This document shows, in pieces, positions 21,471 to 35,049 of a stretch of 64,000 bases of DNA (positions are counted from its first letter, which is position 1; each line of letters opens with the position of its first letter). The notes beneath the pieces are model-generated. The model saw only the letters and a list, made by a program, of their open reading frames with translations. It had not been told where the DNA came from and did not search any database. Source of the DNA: Octopus sinensis (Eukaryota); assembly GCF_006345805.1 (NCBI RefSeq), contig NC_043003.1, forward strand, positions 22,940,001 to 23,004,000, written 5' to 3'. Position numbers and translations under genes: made by a program.

Positions 21471-23239
21471 TAACATCACCGTAAACTGCGCATATTTCTT
21501 TGGTTGCTTGTGAGGCATTTTTCCCTTAATGGAAAAAGAAAAGCATCAAGTGCCGAAAATGAACTTTCTTATCTTCCATTTATCATCAGATAAATGAGAT
21601 TCATCAGATAAATTTTTACTGATATTTGATACGATGAGATTCCTCATCGAAACCGCTTGCGAGCCTCTTTTCCAGACAATACCAAACTGCATAGTAAGAA
21701 ATGTTGTCTACCTCAGAACACTTCGAATAAAGCACAATTCTGTTTCAATTGTCTCTGTATTATGTTTTGCGCAACATTTTAATATTAAAGAAAATGTGCC
21801 AAGTGAAGCACAAGGATAAAATTTTCTTACTACAGAAATGAAAATTATAAATAAACAGTTTTTAAAAACTCTACAGATTATAGAAATCTGAAAACAAAAC
21901 AATCAAATTTATGCATGCATCTGCATCGCAATAAAGATGTGTGTAAGAACCATTTAATGATTTATAAAAATAAAAGACAGGAAAATGATAAAGTATGAAT
22001 GAAAACAAGCCCGATGTCCACGCTTAGAATGCCTTCGCCCATAGGTCTGAGCTAGTTTTAAACGTCCACACCATTAACCCTAACACTACTAGCATTATTC
22101 CAGTGGTGATATCAGAGATATATAAAGAGCAAACGGGGTAGATATAGCAACCTAATCTCTTTTAAATCACACCCCCATCATCCTAGATAATATAATATTG
22201 GATTTCCTGTGCGGACTAACCTTGTACTAACCTTGTACTAAACAAACAGCCAACCAAAATCACAAGCTATGGTCGGCTGACATGCTTGAAAAAGCAACCT
22301 AAACTGCCCTAAATCATTCGCTACCGTCTTAGGTTGTGTGATGCTTGATTCCTTGAGAGAGGGGGAAAATGAATCACGTAGGTTTTGATCAAGGCCTACC
22401 TGGGACTATCGAGATACCGGCAGAAACAGCAAGCAATGGTCATCTGACATGCTTGAAATAATAACCAAATCCCATTCAAAGCCTACTCTACTCATGTAGG
22501 CAATTTGATATTAGGTTCTCTGAAGTTTGGAAAAATAAAAAGGACTTCTTGACAGTTAGATCAGGACTAAAATTGAGGGCTAAACTACATCCATAAGAGC
22601 AACGGAAAGCTAACAGACGAAACTGTACATGAACGCTCGAAATGCTAGAAATGATAGCCAGGTCACACTCAAAGCACACTGCGCTGTCTAAGGACTGTGT
22701 GGCTAGGTTCTCTCTCTATAGGAGGAAAATGGGCTAAATAACAACATTAACAACAAACAAAAGCTAGCAAAGATGCTGTTGGTGGTCATCCATCATTCTC
22801 GAGATACTAGCCAAATCTTCCTCAAAACACAACCTATTTGTAAACAACCTGATGCTGAGGTCTCTTTACATATGAGAGAGAAGGGGTCACATGTTTGTTT
22901 GAATAGGAGTACAACCAAGGTTAAACACCAACGGCGACACCAGCAACAAGTCTAGTGATTGAAGCTCCACCTGTTCATACAAAATGTTCCCAAGAGCAGC
23001 TAAATCTCCCTCAAATCATGTCTTAGCGTCCTTAAAAAAATAAATGGAAGTATAATGTATAATGTACTTGGGGGTTTGTTATATCAAGAAAAATAAAGAT
23101 AGAGAATAAAAAGAAGGGTTGATCATGGCTAGAATGTCTTTATTTATACGTCTGCTATGTCAGAAATTACAACAACAGAAGGGAGAGAGAGAAATGTGAA
23201 GACCGAACCGCCGAATGAAAGAATTCGCAGAATTGACAT

Positions 23240-24160
23240 CACCAGCGCTAGCGACAACAATAACAATAGCAATGACAAGAAGAAGAAACAGCAGCAACAA
23301 CAGCAGTAACAACAGTTGCAACAATAGGAAAAGCAACAACAACAACAACAACAACAAAGGTAATAAACGCAGCATCACCAGTGACAACAGCCACAACATA
23401 ACAAAAACAGCAATGCCCAAGGTGAAAAGAAGAAAATGAGGAGAATAAGATAATGATGATGATGATGAGGAGGAGGAGGAGCAGGGGGATGAAGACGAAG
23501 ACGAAAAAGAAGAAGAAGAAGAAGAAAGCAATGAGAAGGAGAAGAATAAGAAAGAAAAGAAGAAAAAGATGACAATGAGAAGGAGAAGAATAAGAAAGAA
23601 AAGAAGAAAAAGATGACAATGAGAAGGAGAAGAATAAGATGAAGAAGAAGGCGAAGAAGAAGAAAAAGAAGAAGAAGAAGAAGAAGAAGAAGAAGAAGAA
23701 GAAGAAGAGAAGAAGAAGAAGAAGAAGAAGAAGAAGAGCTAGAAACGTTAGCAACCATATCAATAAAGAAAAAAACAGAGCAAGGAGAGTAATGACGATA
23801 GTATGAGTGTAAGACCATCACGTTTATTTAGAACCACAACAGCAACAACAACAATACAAGTAGTAGCAGTAACACGAACAACAACATCAACATGAACAAC
23901 AGAAACAAAAACAAATACAAAAAACAATTGCAGCTATTTCAGCCATGAACAGCAAAAACATCAACAACTGCAACATTAACAAAACGGAAGTGTAAAAACA
24001 ATCAACAACAAACAAAAATAAGGATATCTACACCAACAAAAACAACAACAACAACACCAACAACTAGCACTACTATTACTATTACTACTACTACTACTAC
24101 CACCACTACTATTGCTGCCGCCGCCACCACTGCCACCACCACAATCACCACCACTATCGA

Positions 24161-24195
<35 letters not shown>

Positions 24196-24431
24196 TACCA
24201 CTGCTGCTGCTGCTGTTACTACTACTACTACTACCACCACCACTGCTGCTGCTGCTGTTACTACTACTACTACTACCACCACCACTGCTGCTGCTGCTGT
24301 TACTACGACTACTACTACCACCACCACTGCTGCTGCTGCTGTTACTACTACTACTACTACCACCACCACTGCTGCTGCTGCTGTACTACTACTACTACTA
24401 CCACCACCACTGCTGCTGCTGCTGCTGCTGT

Positions 24432-24465
<34 letters not shown>

Positions 24466-24521
24466 GCTGCTGCTGCTGTTACTACTACTACTACTACCAC
24501 CACCACTGCTGCTGCTGCTGT

Positions 24522-24570
<49 letters not shown>

Positions 24571-25340
24571 GTTGCTGCTACTGCTGCTGCTGCTACTGCA
24601 AAATATAAACAACGACAGCATGTACAATCGAAATCACCGCTAGAATAGAAGGAAAGGTAACAACCGCAGCAGCAGCAGCAGCCTCAGCAGCAGCAACACA
24701 CCAGCAACAATAACAACAAAAAAGTAACAAAGATAGCTGCAAGAATTCCTCCTACACCACCACTACCACTACCACCACCACAACCACCACCATCACCACT
24801 GCCCTCCCGATTGCTATCTACGATTGCCAATACCATTACCACCACAACCACCAACATCAACTATTACACCAGCAACACTACCACCACCACCACCACCACC
24901 ACCACCACCACCACCCCACCACCACCACCACACCACCACCACCACCACCACCACCACCACCACCACCACTACTACCACCACCAACATCAACAATTACACC
25001 AGCAACACTACCACCACCACCACCACCACCACCACCACCACCGCCACCACCACCACCACTACCACCACCACCACCACCACCACCACCACCATACTACCAC
25101 CACCAACATCAACAATTACACCAGCAACACTACCACCACCGCCACCACCGCCACCACCAACACCACCACCAACACCACTACCGCTACCATTGCCCTTACG
25201 ATTGCTATCAGCGATTGCCAATATCATTACCGCCACAACCACCACCACCACCATCAACAATAACACCACCGACACCGCCACACTCACCACCACCACCACC
25301 ACCACCACCACAAACATTACCACCAGCAACAAGGGTAAAA
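23240..25340. repeat. Trinucleotide mosaic (CAA, GAA, CTA/CTG, CAC) with higher-order repeats
   Basis: 45-bp units at 23520-23640; about 8 units of ~42 bp at 24200-24520; a ~30-bp motif three times at 24850-25130. Confidence 0.95.
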
Positions 25341-25803
25341 ACCAACAAAGTTTGTCATAGACATTCCTGGCACTGGAGTCTGCTAATGCTAACGTAGTGG
25401 TAATAGTTCTACTCCCCATTCTATGTTGTTCTATGTTGCACCATACTACAACACCTGCATACTAACTCTGTCAATAAATATTTCGTTATTTTCTGTAGCC
25501 ACATACAACCACAAGCGCACACGTGTGCGTGTGGATGTATATAAGCTTCATACACACGCACATACACATATATATGCACATAGCAAACACACACACACAC
25601 ACACAAACACATATATGCAACAGTTAGTTTTCCTTCTATCTACTTTCGAGTCGTATTTGGGTTTGTTTCAGCTTTTGCACGGGGTTCACCATACATACAT
25701 ACATACATACATACATACATACATACATACATACACACATGCATACATACATATATACATACATACATGAATACATACATACATATATGCATACATACAT
25801 ATA

Positions 25804-25834
<31 letters not shown>

Positions 25835-26686
25835 GTAGGTACATACATAGCTGTGTGTATATGTACGTTTTTGTATTTTAATGTTCGTTTATGCATGTGT
25901 GTGTATGTGTATGTGTGCATATATATCTGTATATATAGTGAGAAAGAGAGAGAGTAGAGATATAAAGAGAGAGATAGAGAAAGAGAGATGTGTGTATATG
26001 TATGTTTGCGTTTATACATATATATTTATGCACAGAGAAGTTCTGGGGGCTGTATAAATCTCTATATAAACATACACAGACATAGACAAAGACACACACA
26101 CACACACCACACACACACGCACACATTCATATGATATACAGAAACACACATATAGACAAGATAAATAGAGAAATGGACATTTAGAAAATTAGATAAATAC
26201 ATAGAACCTTATGCAGAAATGCAAACGAAGTTTACGAGCGTGTTTAAAGTAATCATACACTTAGCGCTCGTCAGCGCTCGGTCAAAAACTGCCTTATGAC
26301 AGAGCGCATAGTAGCACACAAGAATGGATAGCTTATGCTAATCCAGACACATCGGATATGTGGGCTTAAGAACGTGTATTTTTAGTAAACACACATAGCA
26401 CAGCTGTGACCAGCTGTCGTCTTCGTTAAACCATAGTGCTTCTCGGTGTGTAGTCAAAAATAAGACGGGTTTAACTAGTTTCAATATTTATTAACACCTT
26501 ATCAGAGATCGGTTGCTCTCTGCCTGACCTAAGGAAGGACGGCGGTTTGTTTTGGCTTTTGGGCCTTTTGCCTGCATGTATGTGCATGCGCATGTATGCA
26601 TGTATCTATCTACACATGAATGTATGTATGTATGTATGTATGTATGTATGTATGTATGTATGTATGTATGTATGTATGTATGTATG

Positions 26687-26724
<38 letters not shown>

Positions 26725-26960
26725 GTATATATAGATACATATATATTCGTGCGAATATATTTATATACATATTTAGTTGTATATTTATATACACATATAC
26801 ACATAAATAAATACATACATGTATACACACACACACACACACACACATATATACCTAACATGTATATACCCAACCCTACCTACCTACCTACCTACCTACC
26901 TACCTGCCTGCCTACATACATACACAGATATATATATAACAACACAGATTGATTGAGATT

Positions 26961-27044
<84 letters not shown>

Positions 27045-27111
27045 CACACATGTACATATACATATATGTAAATATACATACATATATATATATACATGTG
27101 TATGTACACAC

Positions 27112-27181
<70 letters not shown>

Positions 27182-27390
27182 ATATTTATAGTGCATATTA
27201 TATTCACTTAACTGCATGTTCCCTCTGGCGAAAGAACTAGTTGTTACGGAGCTGACCGTCGGAGAGGTATACAACGCTATTCTTCTTTTTTACTATCAGT
27301 CAGCGAATTAATCAATCTATCAATTTCTCCTTTTATCAATAAGTAACAGGTCTTGCTTTCTCCTTTTTACTCAGTTGGCTAACCAACGTT

Positions 27391-27438
<48 letters not shown>

Positions 27439-27568
27439 TTTTCGTTCTTTCTTTCTTAATAAAGCATCATATCCAAATATCTCCCGGTCTTTCTCCGTTT
27501 ATATTCTTCTAGTGTATAGCACTACCTCCTACACAATATAACTCTTTGCTTTCATATGTACGCGTATG

Positions 27569-27610
<42 letters not shown>

Positions 27611-27940
27611 ATTATATATATATATAATATATATATACACATAAACACTTATATTAGTTATATGTGTATTATTTATATAGAAAATATATATTTATCTCAT
27701 GTTATATATATGTAATATATACATATATATGCATAAATTGCTCAAGATATATATTGAATATATATATGTGCATGTCTGTATGGAGGACGTATGCATGTGC
27801 TGGTGGGTGGGTGAGATTTTTTATGTTGTATATACATCAAAATTAGCATTATTATCCATTCACCAGCTACATTTCTATTTGTCAATATTCATCAATACTC
27901 ATTTACTTATCAATATCTATCGATATACTCATATATATAT

Positions 27941-28007
<67 letters not shown>

Positions 28008-28166
28008 CATATATATATATGTATATACATATATACATGCATACATATATACATATATATATACATATATACCTACTATATATATATATATAGTATGTAT
28101 ATATATAGTATGTATGTATATATATACATACATACATATATATATATGTATATACATATATACATG

Positions 28167-28228
<62 letters not shown>

Positions 28229-28231
<3 letters not shown>

Positions 28232-28973
28232 GTAGAATATATTTAATGCCTACAGAACTATATGCTCATAGAAGCATATATGGAAATGTTTGCTTTCATT
28301 ATGCGATATATCACAACAGACCAAAAGAAAGGAAAAAAAGAAGAAAATGTTCAATATAAAAAGCAATCGTTTTGTATAAATAAATGATGTTTTGTCTCAA
28401 CAATAAGTTTTTGTGTTTACCTGTCACCTTGTAATCGCAGTATGGCTGTACAAGAGACGTCGGAGATCCACAGTCGAAGCATCGTTTGTCGACAGTTTCG
28501 AAAAACTCTTCTCAGACTTCTATCATGACGTAAATGATAGTTCGATTGAAGAATGCATTGATAGCTATGAAAGTTAAAGGGTACCAATGCTGTATAATAG
28601 CTAATACTGTTGCCACTGACTGTCCGTACGGCTTGTTGGCAGGTGTACGGAAAGTAATTCTTCGTATAACATGAGATAGACAGAGTAAAAGAAGAAGCGA
28701 AAAAAATATAAGACACCAAAAAGAGTGTGTGAGAGTAAAAAGGAAAGAGAGAGAGAGAGTGAAAGGAGGGGAAGGAGAGACGGACAGGAAGGGTGTGCTT
28801 ATGTGTCTATATATGTGTGCATGTATGTGCATGGAGCAGTAGTTATGCTCATAACATAATCACGAGTATGTAGGGTTACTTGTTTTAAAAAGTTACAATC
28901 ATGTGTTTTTGTTTCCTTTCAGCTCTTAAAGGTATGTATGTATATATGTATGTATATGGGCATGCACATATAT

Positions 28974-29023
<50 letters not shown>

Positions 29024-29072
29024 TATATATATATTATATATATATACATACATATGTGTGTGCATATATATG

Positions 29073-29155
<83 letters not shown>

Positions 29156-29893
29156 GTAGAATATATTTAATGCCTACAGAACTATATGCTCATAGAAGCA
29201 TATATTGGAAATGTTTGCTTTCATTATGCGATATATCACAACAGACCAAAAGAAAGGAAAAAAGAAGAAAATGTTCAATATAAAAAGCAATCGTTTTGTA
29301 TAAATAAATGATGTTTTGTCTCAACAATAAGTTTTTGTGTTTACCTGTCACCTTGTAATCGCAGTATGGCTGTACAAGAGACGTCGGAGATCCACAGTCG
29401 AAGCATCGTTTGTCGACAGTTTCGAAAAACTCTTCTCAGACTTCTATCATGACGTAAATGATAGTTCGATTGAAGAATGCATTGATAGCTATGAAAGTTA
29501 AAGGGTACCAATGCTGTATAATAGCTAATACTGTTGCCACTGACTGTCCGTACGGCTTGTTGGCAGGTGTACGGAAAGTAATTCTTCGTATAACATGAGA
29601 TAGACAGAGTAAAAGAAGAAGCGAAAAAAATATAAGACACCAAAAAGAGTGTGTGAGAGTAAAAAGGAAAGAGAGAGAGTGAGTGAAAGGAGGGGAAGGA
29701 GAGACGGACAGGAAGGGTGTGCTTATGTGTCTATATATGTGTGCATGTATGTGCATGGAGCAGTAGTTATGCTCATAACATAATCACGAGTATGTAGGGT
29801 TACTTGTTTTAAAAAGTTACAATCATGTGTTTTCGTTTCCTTTCAGCTCTAAAAGGTATGTATGTATATATGTATGTATATGGGCATGCATAT

Positions 29894-29935
<42 letters not shown>

Positions 29936-30028
29936 ATATATATATCATATATATATATAATATATATATATATACATACATATGTGTGTGCATATATATG
30001 TATGTATATATATATATATATATATATA
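28229..30028. repeat. 924-bp near-identical tandem duplication with breakpoints in (TA)n
   Basis: Copy 1 28229-29152, copy 2 29153-~30028; about 5 differences outside microsatellites; duplicated ORFs in the track. Confidence 0.97.
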
Positions 30029-30143
30029 CATAGATAGATAGACATAAATGAATCTAAATATGAATACATATATACACACGTATATACATGCATGTAAATA
30101 TATATAAACATAAAAACATATATATCTAAATATAGATGTAGAC

Positions 30144-30235
<92 letters not shown>

Positions 30236-30349
30236 GGATAAATATATAGATATAATCATTCACTGATTGCTAAGATTATTGATATGAATGAGATATATGC
30301 ATTTATACATACATACATACATACATACATACATACATACATACATACA

Positions 30350-30383
<34 letters not shown>

Positions 30384-30437
30384 CATACATTCATAGAGAT
30401 GTTTATATATGAGTGTGTACACACGTATGTATGTATA

Positions 30438-30486
<49 letters not shown>

Positions 30487-30746
30487 ATATATGATGCCTC
30501 CATGCCTATATGTATATGTGTCAATTGTACAGAATGCTGTACTCGGGTATCAGAAGTATGATTTTGTAGGTTCACTGAGGATCGAATCTCTAGCATTAAC
30601 AGAGATAAAAAGTTGTTAGGCCCCATTAAACGCTGAGTAACTGGTAAGCTCTGACTAGTGAACGTACAAAATTACATGTATGCATACATACATATCCTTA
30701 TACATAAACACACACACATACACACATACACACACACACATACATA

Positions 30747-31312
30747 TTGGGTTGTCCGGAAAGTTCGTGCCGAATTATAGTAACTCACCTTTCAACTTAT
30801 TTTAGAACATGGTTGAGTCCATAAAACAGGATTTTACTACACCTCTATTTAGAGTACAGTTTAAGCTATCTTTTCGTGGAAGAAGGTTTATGTTCTTATA
30901 ACCTGTGTTAATTGTGTAACCCTTTAAATTTGAAGATAAGAAAGTTCACTTTCGGCACTTGATGCTTTGGGAACCAGAAAAAAATTGCTACAGCTCGGCT
31001 GGGATGTGTTACCCCGCCCTCCATATTCACCAGATAGTGCTCCTTTGGATTTCCACTTATTCAGGTCCCTGCAGAATAGCTTGAATGGTAAAAATTTCAA
31101 TTCCTTGGATGACGTAAGAAGATACCTTGATGAATTCTTTGTCATGAAACCACCTCAATTCTGGGAAGAGGGTATTTTCAAGTTAAAGGAAAGATGGAGA
31201 TGTATTGTGGAACAAAATGGTTCATATTTTGTTGATTAAAAATGTGATGGCAAGTATTTATTAACCTTTTTCTTTCCTTTAAAAATCGGCACGAACTTTC
31301 CGGACAAGACAA
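30747..31312 (+). mobile_element. Internally deleted mariner (566 bp)
   Basis: TA-flanked TIRs TTG(GG/TC)TTGTCCGGAAAGTTCGTGCCGA; first codons EDKKVHFRHLML fused to C-terminus LPRPPYSPDSAPLDFHLFRSL..W...NGSYF (30967-31239). Confidence 0.95.
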
Positions 31313-31323
31313 TACGTACATAC

Positions 31324-31354
<31 letters not shown>

Positions 31355-31362
31355 CATACATA

Positions 31363-31745
31363 CGAGGTGGTATCAAAAAGTTTCAGGACTAGTTATCTTT
31401 AATAAAAGATATCTTATTTACTTAACTTTTAACCCCATCTCCTTCGAAATAGACACCTTGCGCAGTGATACGCTAGTCCCAGTGTTCCTGCCACTTTTTG
31501 AATCCGGTCTGGAAGTCGTTTTCCGTAAATGAGTCGAGGACCTTCTGCTATTCGTTCTGGATCTTGACGACGTTGTTAAACCGGCGATCTTTGAACTGCA
31601 TTTTTATCTTGAGAAAGAGGTGGAAGTCCGCAGCTGCTAAATCTGGAGAATAGGGAGGTGCCGAAGCGATACCATATTGTTTTTGCAGAGAAACTCACGA
31701 GTGAGGAAAGCTTGGTGACAGAGTGCGTTGTCATCGTTGAAGAAT
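31363..31745 (-). mobile_element. Mariner 3' fragment (second subfamily)
   Basis: DDNALCH...PYSPDLAAADFHLFLKIK...W..QGVYFEGD; TIR start TA-CGAGGTGGTATCAAAAAGTT. Confidence 0.85.
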
Positions 31746-31874
31746 CTAATTCTTCGCGCGCTCCACAGCCCCGGTGCTTTCACGCTGTCCACTCTCAAAC
31801 GTCGTTGATTGACCTCCGATGATCAGCATGCACAAGTTGATAAATTTTTCCCCCATTTCTGAGGGTGACGTTAA

Positions 31875-32040
31875 TGGCAGGTTTTCTACCATTCAAACTA
31901 TTCTAGAGGGACCTGAATAAGTGAAATCCAAAGGATCTGGTTAATATGGAGGGCGCGGTAACACATCCCAGCCGAGCTGCAGCAATTTTTGTCTGGTTCC
32001 CAAAGCATCAAGTGCCGAAAGTGAACTTTCTTATCTTCAA
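31875..32040 (-). mobile_element. Inverted partial copy of the 30.7-kb mariner derivative
   Basis: Contains the same deletion junction GATGCTTTGG|GAACCAG. Confidence 0.85.
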
Positions 32041-32336
32041 TTATGATAATAATTATAATTATAATTATATATACAGAAATCCTTCGATAAGATATGTTTT
32101 TATTTTAAGAAATATTGTTAAATGTTTTTCGATTATTTATAGTTAATACACGTATCTTTCTATATTTATTTGATAATTAGTATAAGTTAAGATAAGTACA
32201 TTTATTATATTTTATTATTATTATTATTATCATTATTATTATTATATATTATTATTATATTATATTATTATTATTATCATTATCATTATATTATTATCAT
32301 CATCATCATCATCATTCATCATCATCATCATCATCA

Positions 32337-32389
<53 letters not shown>

Positions 32390-32391
32390 GT

Positions 32392-32520
32392 AAACCTGAT
32401 GAATGACTATATTTTTAAATGGAATTAATTTTAGATGGATTTAGTTTTAAATCGAAATGATTTTATTATTATTATTATTATCATCTATTTGAAAATATAG
32501 CCACGAAACGCGCGTAGTCT
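32392..32520 (+). ncRNA. Type-I hammerhead ribozyme motif with long stem II and palindromic stem III
   Basis: CUGAUGA 32396-32402; stem II UGACUAUAUUUU/AAAAUAUAGCCA; GAAA 32505-32508; ACGCGCGU palindrome; GUA triplet; stem I AAAC/GUCU (3 of 4 pairs). Confidence 0.7.
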
Positions 32521-33293
32521 TTTTACTACTATTTACTATTTATTGTTTTTGTACTTTATGGATTTTTAGAATAAGGTTTTTATAGTATATGTTTTCTATA
32601 TGGTGTGAATTACATCTTTCATATATATATATATATGTGTATATGTGTGTATATATATGTATATGTGTATATATATATATATATGTGTGTGTGTACGTGT
32701 GTGTATATGTGTGTGTGTGTGTGTTGCACACATAATAGTTTCGACCTTACACCACCGGTCATAATACGTTTCTTTGTATTGTTGTGGGAGACTAGTATGC
32801 AACGCAACGTTCGTCTTGGTGTAGAAACTTTGACTATAGCGACTTGGTCACGCACTTTCAAATATCGCTATATAACTGGACACTACTGTATGGCTATATA
32901 TAATTGTATATTGTATATATGTCCAAATAATACACAGATGGATAATTGTGCACACACAATACATTCTCTGACATGCATACTTACACACACTCACACGCAC
33001 ATAAAATTATTTGAGGCTCAATAGAAAACATGAATGGAAAATAGATCCGACCACCACCACCACCACCATCGCCACCACGTTACACAACATAACGACTAAA
33101 GCAGAATAGGAGAAAAAAGACACAGACACAAATAGTTTAATACATATATCCATACACAAACACATAAACTCATAAAAGACACACGTACACATACTTAAGA
33201 TGTAATGGGGAAGGAAAACAGAGATAAATAATTAAATGAATGAAAAAGCTTTATAAAGGGCACAGATACAGACAGTATAGGAAGAAAAGCCAT

Positions 33294-33341
<48 letters not shown>

Positions 33342-33780
33342 CACACATGCAAAATACAAAGTCACGTGTACATGCATACACACGCGCGCGGATGAACACA
33401 TACGCAGATGCAGACGCGGATGCATGTGCAGACGAGGATATACATCATACATCATAAAAATGGACTAAACAGAACAGAAGACAGGAACGATGGAGCGTCG
33501 CTGAAGGGGTCACAGGTGTGTGACGAAAGATTTCGAGTCCATGCACATAAAAGAGTAGCAATAAAAACAAGGGAAGAACGGATATGTATAGTGTGTTGGT
33601 ATCAGTTCAAATAAACACTCCGCCTCCGTAACAGTGCGTGTGTTTATTTGGGAAGAAAACAATGACAATCCCCAAATGTAACAATATCTGTTTTGAACAC
33701 ACGGTCTTACATTGGAATCTTGCAAAACATACCCAAAGGTTACACACACACACACACACACACCACATCTATATACATAT

Positions 33781-33813
<33 letters not shown>

Positions 33814-33868
33814 CATATATATATATGTCGTATATATATATATTTATATACATATATATATATATATG

Positions 33869-33899
<31 letters not shown>

Positions 33900-33915
<16 letters not shown>

Positions 33916-34130
33916 TTCTTTTTCTGCTTCTGTGTTTGGCCCTCACTATCGCTTGACAAGCGATGTGGGTGTGTTTACGTCCCCGTAACATAGCGGTTCG
34001 GCAAAAGAGACAGATATAATAAGTACTTGGCTTACAAAGAATAAGCGCTGGTGTCGATTTGTTCGACTAAAGGCGGTGCTCCGGCATGGCCGCAGTCAAA
34101 TGACTGAAACAAATAAAAGAATAAAAGAAT
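33900..34130 (+). mobile_element. SINE B 3' half
   Basis: Matches family B from the microsatellite to the tail. Confidence 0.85.
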
Positions 34131-34198
34131 ATTGGCAAAGTACCTAGATCCCAAATCTCTATACATGATGCAAGTAGTAACTCTACTGAAAAATAACG

Positions 34199-34523
34199 TT
34201 TGTTACCACCTCAACGTGGTTGTTCCCTATAGAACACTGTTGCTACTCCTTTTGGCCCCAGGAGGACTAGTCCTCCAGCTGGTTAACGACACACTGCATC
34301 AGTTACATTGCAAACAAGGGAGCGAACAACTCGCATCCAGCGTTGACAGGAACTAATAGACCAGCTGCTTTCTGGGTATTACCCTTCCTCGGTACGGTTT
34401 ATTTTGTGTTTGAAATATAACGGACACAGTGTGTGGTTAACCAGCTGGTGGAGGTATTCTTGTGGGGTTAAAAAGAGCAGTAACTGTTCTCTGTACGGAA
34501 CAAACATCTTGAAATGGTAGCAA
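34199..34523. repeat. Ungapped ~117-bp inverted duplication (about 75% identity)
   Basis: 34199-34317 aligns to the reverse complement of 34405-34523 with no indels. Confidence 0.9.
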
Positions 34524-34539
34524 AAATTGAATTCACATA

Positions 34540-34730
34540 TATATATATATAGACATACGTAAAGTTGAAATTTATTGAAAAACAAAAGATGAACACAGAT
34601 GTATGAACAACAAGCAAGTAAGTGTATTAGTTTTACTCTTGGGAAAATGAAAAGGTCTCTTGCGTTTCGAGCCTACGCTCTTCAGCGGGAAAGAATAAGA
34701 GAAAATGATCAGAGAGAGAATGAGTACACA
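34540..34730 (-). mobile_element. Family-2-related probable Penelope-like terminal repeat
   Basis: Minus strand CCGCTGA-A-GAGC(GTAG)GCTC-GAAA-CGC; 3' end into (TA)n. Confidence 0.5.
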
Positions 34731-35049
34731 CACAGCATAGCAATTTTGATATGATAAGTACAGTGTAAAAGTTTCTCAAACGTATTGTCAATGTATCTCA
34801 AAGAAATACTTCGCAATAACGTATTTTTAATGAAAGCAATCGAACAGTTGCGGCTGAAAGCGAGAAATTGAGACAGAACAAAAAAGATTAGGAGGAAGGG
34901 GTGGCATAAACAAAAGTATTAAATAAAATGACATCAACAGTTATGGACGGAGTTTGTATGGACTGAGAAAAAGACAGTGAAGAAGACAAGAGAAGGAACA
35001 AAGATTTTGAAAGTAACATCAATGTAGTTAGCGGAGAACCCCTTAGGGC

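Noticed and set aside
24200-24520. CRISPR-like periodic array
   Set aside because: Units are triplet runs with no unique spacers, no cas genes, and the context is eukaryotic
23160-25419. Poly-Thr/His/Pro/Ser/Leu ORFs as mucin-like or His-rich proteins
   Set aside because: Open in many frames on both strands, no signal peptide or splice context, and a frame-breaking deletion within the array
27216-27310. [19 protein letters not shown] resembling the CaV2 calcium-channel pre-IQ/IQ region
   Set aside because: Key residues differ, a stop follows at once, and no other channel exons were found
28421-28514. In-frame TGA followed by EEFFETVDKRCFDCGSP (selenoprotein or ArfGAP idea)
   Set aside because: No SECIS identified and the rest of the ArfGAP CxxC-x16-CxxC motif is absent
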